DNA from: Salinispira sp.
Lineage (GTDB): Bacteria > Spirochaetota > Spirochaetia > DSM-27196 > Salinispiraceae
Assembly (NCBI GenBank): GCA_965602015.1
Contig: OZ271918.1
Span: 2,112,001-2,176,000 of the forward strand
Direction: 5' to 3'
DNA length: 64,000 nucleotides
The notes below the pieces were generated by a model, which was not told the origin of the DNA, did not search any database, and saw nothing but the letters and a program-made list of their open reading frames with translations. The stretch's first letter is position 1. Each line of letters opens with the position of its first letter. Positions 37,179 through 46,100 of the stretch are shown here, in pieces. Position numbers and translations under genes: made by a program.

Positions 37179-40100
37179 TCAGGGCTCCTCACCCTTCCGG
37201 TATACAAGGTCGAAATTATTGCTGCCGTATCCGATGGCAGTCTCGCCCCAAGCCGCAGCGCTGAAGCGGACAATTCCCGTACGCTTGTTTTGAATGGTCG
37301 TGGCCAGGGGAACCATTTCGTATTCCCAGTCACCCAAACCGCCATCCTGATAGGCGTATTTCAAGCCGTCGAAGGTACCCACCATAGCATTATTGATGTA
37401 GGAGATATGAGGCGTGGTACCTTCAAGATCAAGATCTATCCAGGTACCGACCGCACCTTCCGAGTCGACGGTTTGCGAATAATCGAATACATAATCGACA
37501 CCGTCCGCATCGGGTGCCGTGATGTACACCAGGTCGCCAGTGCTGGTGCGGTAGAACGCCGCGTGGACAGCTCCGCTGGGATCGATCTTCATGCTGACGT
37601 ATTGTCCGCTGAAGCTGCGGTTGGGGTCGTCGTTTCTGAACACGGTCTGAATAGTCCAGTCGGCATATGCGGTGGGGTTGGTGGTATTGGCATAGGCCAG
37701 CCGCAGAGTTTGATTAAAGATGTCGTAATACATAATAACCGGGTTGCCGAATTCGTCGACATCAACCGCGACGTATTGGCCGGCCAGGGAGGTCGGCGCA
37801 ATGCCGCCCTGCCCGGCTCCGGCATTTCCGCCGTCGAGATTCAGCTGCACCAGTCCGGCGCCGCTTCCGTCGGGCATGAGGGGACCGCCGTCATCATCCC
37901 AGGTCTGGTTTGAGCGACCGTTGGGAATGTAGCCGTACTTCAGGGTTTTTTCATTATTGTCGAAGTAGGCTACGTGGATGTCATTGCCTTCCCTGACTAC
38001 CCGGGGGTTTTGAAACTGGAAGAGGAGATTGTCGTGGCCGAGCCAGTCGACGTAATAGCCGTTGTATCCTCCCAGATCCCCCTCAGCATCGGCGTCTGGG
38101 TTGTAGACCGTCAGGAAGCCCCACTGGGTACCGCCGTTGAAGTAGTTCCCCAGGTAGGCCACCTGGATATTGTCCGCCGCATCGAGGTAGATGTCAGTGA
38201 ACTCCGGCGGGTCGAACTTGTTGTGAATGAGGGTTCTGGCCGCAGTGGTGCCGTAGTAGGCCTGGGAAGTCGCATAATTCACCCATGAGCCGTAGAGGGT
38301 TCCGGTGCTGTCCACATGGAGCGACGGATGCTCGGGGTCATTCGAGTTGGCCAGACTGTCGCCGGTTTCCCAGACAAACAGATACCGGTCGTCAGTCCAG
38401 AGGGTCGAAGCGATACCGTTTCCATCGTCCTCTTTGTTGTAGTCAAGGCTGTTGTCATTAATGTGGTTGATGGCTTCGATTCCATTGACATTTACTCTGA
38501 GTATTCCGGAATGGGTAACACCGCTAAGGCTTACCACGATCCGTCCGCCGTCGGCATCCGCAGAGGTGATGGTGGTACGGTCATCTGCGCTTCCCGCCGC
38601 GTTATACACCCGCACCCATTCATTGGGATCATTGACCGGGTCCGCAGGCACCGCTTTGAGAAGGTTAAAACCGTGTATTTCCACCCCGGCCTCTCCCTGC
38701 TGAACGGGATACCGGCCGTATTTGGTTCGGTTGGTGTTAAACGAACCGGGATTTCGCAGCAGCTGAGAGATGTAGGGAACGATGTCCACCGTTATGGCAT
38801 CGCTGTCGCTGTTCGGAACTCCGTTGGCATCGTATACCGTGAAGCTGACGGTAACGTTTGACTGGGCAATGGACGCGATGCTCGAACTGTCCCATTCAAA
38901 TGCCCAGTTAAGCACGTTTCCGTTTGATTCGGTGAGATAGTTCGCCCCGTCGACGCTAAAGGTCCAATCGGCGGTGTTCAACGCTCCTCCGGCGGCGCTA
39001 TACACATCGAAGGGATTGCCCAGGCCCGTGCCGGGGTCGTAGCCCGGAATTGCGGCTTCTATCCGGTCGATGATCTGATTATCCTCGACTTTTCCGCGAA
39101 TGATGATTCGTCCCGAAACATCCGGGTCGGCGCCGTCGTACTGGCTGTCGCTGCCGTATTCCACATGACCGAGGCGGGTTTGTCCGCTCATGGCGATGTT
39201 CTCGTTATAGTCGCCGACGGCATCCAGGGTTTTTGAAGCGTCATTATTGCTCTCGCTGTACCTGAATCCGAAATCCGCCACGGCGATGCTCGGCGGAGTA
39301 GAATCCACATTGTCCACCGTGAATCCCAGAGTAAGGCTGTCGCTGAGTTCATCGGTGGCGTCGGCGTCGTCGCTGGTGGTGCTGTCGTAGATGGTAATTG
39401 TTATGCTTTGGTCGTTATCCGCCGCCGATTCGGTAAATCCGCTGGTATCTATTTCTATGGTTCCGTCTGTGAGCGTTCCGTTCTGCTCGACAGTATTGTA
39501 GATTACCGAGTAGCGCAGGGTGCCGTTGCCTCCGCTGGCATTGACGCCGATGTACAGGCGGTCGTTGCGGGCGGTAAAGTTGCTGGCCGCATATCCTGCG
39601 CTGATGATACTGTTCTGCTCATCGACTTCCACGGTTCCGCTTCCGTCCAGGTCGGTTCCCAAAACCAGGGAATTGATGGACGGCTTGTTATTGGCGATAA
39701 ACGCCGCAGTGCTGTCCTCGGCCATATTTCCCGCCAGGTCCACGGCCCGGTAACGGAGGGTTACCGCCCCGTCGCTAACCAGGGTTGAATCAAAGAGGGC
39801 GGACCACTGGTAGGTACCGGCGCTTAAGGCCAGGCGCTCGTCGAAACCGTCGTTGTCCCCCGAGGGCAGGCTGTCGTCGCCCACCGCTCCGCCTTCAAGG
39901 CTGTTGTCGATGACAATCCGGTAGTCGTTGTAGATCGCATTGCTCAGATCATAGACATCTTCAGCAACGAATGCGCCGATGCTGCCCGTGCCGCCCTTGA
40001 GGCGCACCAGCTCTCCGATGCGGTTTTCCATGAACAGTACGATCCGGTCGATTCCCGCCACGGTTCCCGTGTCGCGCACGGTTCCCTGAACCTCAGCAGC

Positions 40101-43100
40101 GGTGCCGAGGATTTCGGTGTCGCCGGTGTAAGTAAGACTCGATGGATCGATGTTATCCACGCTGAAGCTGATGAGATTCTGATTGGTGAAGGGGCTTGGA
40201 CTGGTGGTGTCCTCGGCGGTGATTTTTACGCTCATGGACCCCGCCCCATTGGGGTACAGGCCGGCGGCTTCGGTGTTGATGGGTACGCCGATGCGGTATG
40301 AGCCGGGGAATGCCGGGTCGTAATCCGGATCTGCAGTGCCCAGGAGCTCAACGGTAATGCCGAGGCCCGCGGCTGCCGGAGTTTCGAGACCGGTGACGTT
40401 CGCCCCGCCGACGGGCAGCAGTCCGCCGGGATTGTCGAAAATTATGGTGTTGTTCAAAAGCGGTCCCTCGTTGGAGTAGATAATCCGGTCGATATCCGTT
40501 TCATCCCGCACCAGGCCGCTGAGGCCGTAGGTTCCGCTTACCGTGTCGCCGCTGATCAGATTGATATCGGCAAACTGAGGAAAGTCCTTGTTAAACGTGA
40601 TGCTTACTTCTTCTTCAGCACCGAAAATACCGTCTCCGGGGGTTTCCTTGTAATCCTTCGCCCGGACCTTAAAGGTGATGGTCCTGGTGGATCCGACGCT
40701 GGGATCGAATTCCCCGGATTCATTGAGGTTGATATTCCAGCTGTTAGTGCCGTTAACCTGATACCAGTTCACTCCCCCGTCGGTCTCATCGAGGGTGCCT
40801 TCTGCCCACACATCGTCGGTGTATATGCCGTTGTTGTTGGCGTCGATGGCGATTTGAATTTTTTCTACGAACTGGCTGTCGAAGGCCGAACCGAATACCC
40901 GCACAAAGCCCCCGACCGTTGAACCGTCTCCCGGCGACAGGATGGTCACTTCGGGCCGGTCCCGTTTCGGGTCAATCTGGAGCTGATAGCTGGTCAGATA
41001 ACTGATATTTCCGTCGCCGCTGACGCCAGCGCTGTCTTCAGCCCGGACATAGAAGGTGAAATCCCACAGGTCGGTCCAGGTTTCCCCGGCGTCCACGTTG
41101 CCGTCACCGTCCAGGTCTCCGGTGTTGGTGGAGAAGGTGCTGTTTGCGTAGTCATTTATGTTCAGGAAACTGTAGTTCCAGCTCGTTGTTCCGCCGGTAT
41201 TTATCCAGGTGCTGGCTTCCAGGGTCGCCGCATTGGTCGGATCGATCTGTTTTCCCAGTCCGATGGAAACGCTAGCCACACCTGCGCCGCCGGCATTGTC
41301 GCTGGTAGTTCCGCCGATGGTCAGGGGTCCGAAAACCGCCGAACCGTTGGCCGGAGAGGTCACGTTAATGGTCGGAGCGCTCTTGTCTACCACAAACGAG
41401 CGGCTGCTTACACGGGTCTTACCCACCCCGTCGGTTGCCCGTACATAGAGGGTGTGGGGACCGTCTGCCAGCGCAGCCTGGGCTACCGAGAAGCTCCAGT
41501 TGTCGTATGGAGCGCCGATAGAAACAGCCCCGCTGTCGAGATCGGAGTCGTCGAACTTGTATTCCAAAAGCACTATTCCGGTCTCATCGGCGCTGGTACC
41601 TGCAAAATCGAAGCTGTCATCCGACGACCAGGTGATGTTCGCCACAGGCGAAGTTATGTCCAGGTCGGGAAGCTGGGTGTCCAGCAGAAAGTCGATTTCT
41701 CCGGTATCGGTTCGTGAAAAATCGTTTACGCCGTAGTCGGCGCCGTTGTTATCAACCGTGTCGACGGCGCGGATGCGAATCCCCCGCAGACCGTTTTCAT
41801 TACTGCTCAGTGTCACAGAAAAATCGATGCTGGTGTCTCCATAGCTGCCGCTGACCAGATTAACGGTCTGGGCTGCAATGCTGTTGTCCACAGCATATGC
41901 ATCGATGAGTATGGCTGAGACGCCGTCGTCATCGGTGACCGTACCGGTTATGGTGCTGCTGGTAATGCTCGATGAACCGTCGAAGGCGATATCATCCAAC
42001 ATAACCTGAGGACGGTCCTCACTCTGATCAATGCGGAAGACCAGATCGTTGCCGCCGGCAGTGCTGTACACATTTCCCGCCTGGTCGGTTACCAGGGCGC
42101 GCAGGGTCAGCTCATAGAGTCCGCCGCCAAGATCATTGGCATAGTTCAAGAGGGTCGTATTGCGGGTATCAAAAGCCGAAATAGTCCAATTGGAAATCCC
42201 GCCGAGAACTCCCGTCGGCAGAACCTCCTCACTGTTGAAGTTATTCACGTCCACTATGCGGAAATCGAGATTTGCAACGCCATAATTATCCGAAGTGGTG
42301 CCGCTGATGCTTATGGTGTTGTTGCGGGTCGAACCGGGCGTGGGTGACGTGAAGGCCAGGCCCGGGGCCGTTTTGTCCACATAGAGCTGAACGCTGTCTT
42401 CCCGGGTATTCCCGCCGCTGTCTTCCGAGCGGAGAATTATCTGGTACAATCCGCCGCCGCTTGAGGTGTCCACGGTAAAATTGATGGTCCTCGGGCTGTC
42501 TCCGGCGATTCCGCTTATCTGGACCCCTGAATCAGTCAGGTTGGTGAACGGCTGAATCTGTGTGCCGTCCCGAAGTATTCTCACCGCCACATTTTCAACG
42601 CCGTTGCTGTCGGTGGCCGTTGCGCTCACGGCAAAATCGCCGCTTTGATAACTAAAAGCCGCCGGCAAGAGTCCGGTGAGATCCGGAGCTCCGGTGTCCT
42701 GGGTGAAGCTCACACTGGCGACATCGGAAAGCACCGGAGCCGCGTTAACATCTTCACCGCGGATTTCGATCGCCTTATTTCCGTCGGTCGCGCTGTTAAT
42801 TGTGAAGCTGAAGCTCCGGTCGGTAATCGAACCGCTGGTACTGACATTGGTCCAGGCGGTCCATGTGCTGCCGCCGTCGCTGGAGAACCGGTACTGCACA
42901 GAGTCGGGGTCAAGACCTACACCGTCATCGTCGCTGATAGAGCCGGAAACATTGATGGTTTGGCTTGCGATGGTATCACCTGCGCCCGGAGCGCTTATGC
43001 TGACCACCGGCTTGTCCGAATCCTGATCAATGCGGATTACGTAGTCCTGGCTCGCCGAATTGCCGTTCCTGTCGCCGGAACGCACACGAACTGTCAGGTC

Positions 43101-46100
43101 AAGACCGTCTGCAATGAGAGTCGTATCAATGCCGTTAATGGTAAATGCCGACCCCAGGGCCAGGGGTGTCCAGCTCGAGCCGCCGTCCAGGCTGTACTCC
43201 AGGCTGGCGAGATTCCCCACCCCGTTGTCTTCACTGACCGTGCCGCTTATGCTCATGACTCCATTGCCGTATACCCTGCCCAAATCCGCAGGAAAGTCGT
43301 CAATAAAGGGCACGGGATTTCCAAACGCGATAACCGGACCAACCCGGTCGAGACTCACGTCTTTCTCGAGAGAAACGGTTTTTCCCGCGGCATCCACCGC
43401 CGTAAAACGGAATGTGTACACACCGTCGAGATCGCCGCCTACCAGAGTCCGGTTGTACGTCCAGGTTCCCGGTCCGGCATTCCAGACTGCGTTAACCGGC
43501 GCCCCGTATGCCCCGGCGCCGTAGCGCTCTTCCACGGTGATTTCGCCAATCGCATTGCTGTCTGATGCGGTACCGCTAAAAGAGAAGTCTGCATTTTCAT
43601 ACGCCGTTGAAACGCCTCCGGTAATGGCGATCAACGGGTTGTTCTGGTCTATTCCATAATTCACCGTGGTCATGGGAGATTCGTTGCCCGCGTTGTCCAC
43701 AGCGACGACAAAAATACTTCGCTCCCCTTCACCGGTGATGGAGAAACTTCCGTTCCAGCTTCCGCTTCCACTGGCTATATTCCAGCTGGGGTCGCTGAGG
43801 TCTGCCGGAGGAGTGGCGCCGCGGGTATCTACCTGGTAGTACACCCGGCTTATTCCCGCAGAGCCGACATCCGAAGCGGTCCCCGAGGCCGAAAAGGATG
43901 CGCCTGAGAGCCACTGGTCCACCGTGGGCGAGCTGACCACCGGTGCGTTCGGCGCGCTTTGGTCCACCACAACCGTCTTAAGAATTGAGGTCTGCCGGCC
44001 AACCACGTCTCTGATGACTATTTCGTACACGTAGGAACCCTGACCGGCGCTGATGTCCGTATCCACATTCCACGTCCGTGCGGTATCGCCAAGGGAACCG
44101 TTGAGGGTAACCGTCAGGGGAACCGCTGCTCCGCCGTCTTTCGACTGGCGGACTATGACGGTATTTACCCCATTTGTGTCGTTCGCCGTGCCCGAGATGG
44201 TAAAATCTGCCGCCTTGTAGAGGATGGTGTCGCCCCAATCGGCGCCGGCCTCCTCCCTGAGATTGGAAACGAATGGAGCGGCCTGATCGACAACGAACAC
44301 CCTATTGGCGAAGTCGTCGCTTGTATCGCCGTTATCGTTGGCCACAGTGATGTTTCCCGCCCTGTCTTGAGCCCGCACCCATATGCGATGGGCGCCTTCG
44401 GACAGACCGGTGTCGGCCCCGGTGCCGTCGGTATCCAGGTCCAGGGAAATATTCCAGTTGCCGGCGGTGCCGGAAACGTTGACCCAGCTGTCGTTGGCGT
44501 CGTTGCCGTCGTCGGTGAAATCCAGCGAGTACTGTACGGTTCCCCCCGAGGGAGCGGCAATGCCGCTACCCGCGTCAGATGCGGTACCTAGAATTGCGGC
44601 CAGATTGCCCGACAGATAATCGCCGGGGTCATTTATCGTTACGGATTCCGGCGCTTGTTCGTCTATTTCCACGGCGCGGATGAGCTCGGTGCTTCGCCCC
44701 GCCACATCGGTGGCGGTGATGGTGAAGACCCAGCTGCCGTCCTCGCTGCCGTCCCCCGGCAGGGTTTTTGTATATGAGTAGGCGCCAGGAGAGGCGTTGG
44801 TGTAGACCGTTCCCTGATCCGCGCCGTCCGTGGTTGCGGTAATCACCACATCATTAAATCCGTTGGTGTCATTGGCGGTACCTGAGATTACCAGATCGCT
44901 GTTGGTAGCGGCCACTGCCGTCGTCTCGGTGAGGCTGGGCGGAGCGGTATCAAAATAAATATTTACGGCTTTTTCAGAGGCCGGCCCGTAGGGATTGATT
45001 CCGTCGGAGGCCCGGACATACAGGGTCTTCGCCCCTTCGCCGCCCGGTGAGAAGTCGATGTTTGCGGCGCTCCAGTTCAGTCCGCTCAATGGTATCGCCG
45101 TGTAGTTGGTACCGTCCAGACTGTACTCGAGAGATACCACGCCGCGCCCCGAGTTATCGGTTACCTGACCGCGGATGGTGTAATTTGCGCCGTCGATGAA
45201 CTCGTTTTCCACGGGACTGATGACGGTCAGGTCCGGATCTGCGGTATCAATGATAATATTCCGGATGAGCTCTCTCGTCCGTCCCACTTCATCAGTGGCG
45301 GTGATGGTCACTTCATAGGCGCCGTCGCCGCCGGCAGTGGTAAGGGTCGTCGCCCAGGAACCGTCGTCGGTGGTGTCGTTAAGCAGTTGAACCGCAGGCC
45401 CGGCGTCTTTGGAATATTCCACTACTACTGAGGCAAGGGCATTGCTGTCTGCGGCCGATCCGCCGAGGTTCACCGTGGTATTTCTGTAGACCACCGAACT
45501 GCCGGGAATACCCGAGCTGGTTTCGCTCAAGCTGGGAGCGTTCTGATCAATATCAAACATTACGCTGGCCGCAGAAGCGAAGGGCGTGAGATTTCCCGCC
45601 GAATCCTCGGCAATGACGTGGAGGTACCATCGGCCTTCTGCCCGACCTGTGTCGGCGGCGGGTCCGTCAGTATCGAAGTCGTCGGTAAAACTCCAGTTGC
45701 CGCTGGTAGCCACCGGGACGTAATCGCCGATGTTCGTGGACGCCGCGGGATTTTGGCTCACTTCATACAGTATGCGGCCGATGCCCGAAGCCGCATCGCT
45801 TGCGGTTCCGGCAAAAGGGAATGCCGAGCCGCCAAGGGCGCTTAGTCCGGTCTGTCCGGCTGCGGGATTGCTTATTGTGACTGAAGCAGGCGCAGTAGTA
45901 TCAACGAGCACGGTTCTGGTTTCCGAACCCTGGCCTCCCACGCTGTCGGTCATTTCTATGGTAAAAACATAGGTTCCTTCTCCGGCGGAAAAATCCGTGC
46001 TTGCCGTCCAGCTTCGCGCCGGATCTCCGGGGCTCCCCATAAGGGTAATGGCCACAGGAGTTTGGGGTCCGCCGTCCTTCGATTGGCTGATTACCACGGA

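Noticed and set aside
42645..43565. 306-aa plus-strand ORF inside the giant gene
   Set aside because: Antisense shadow with no independent coding signal.
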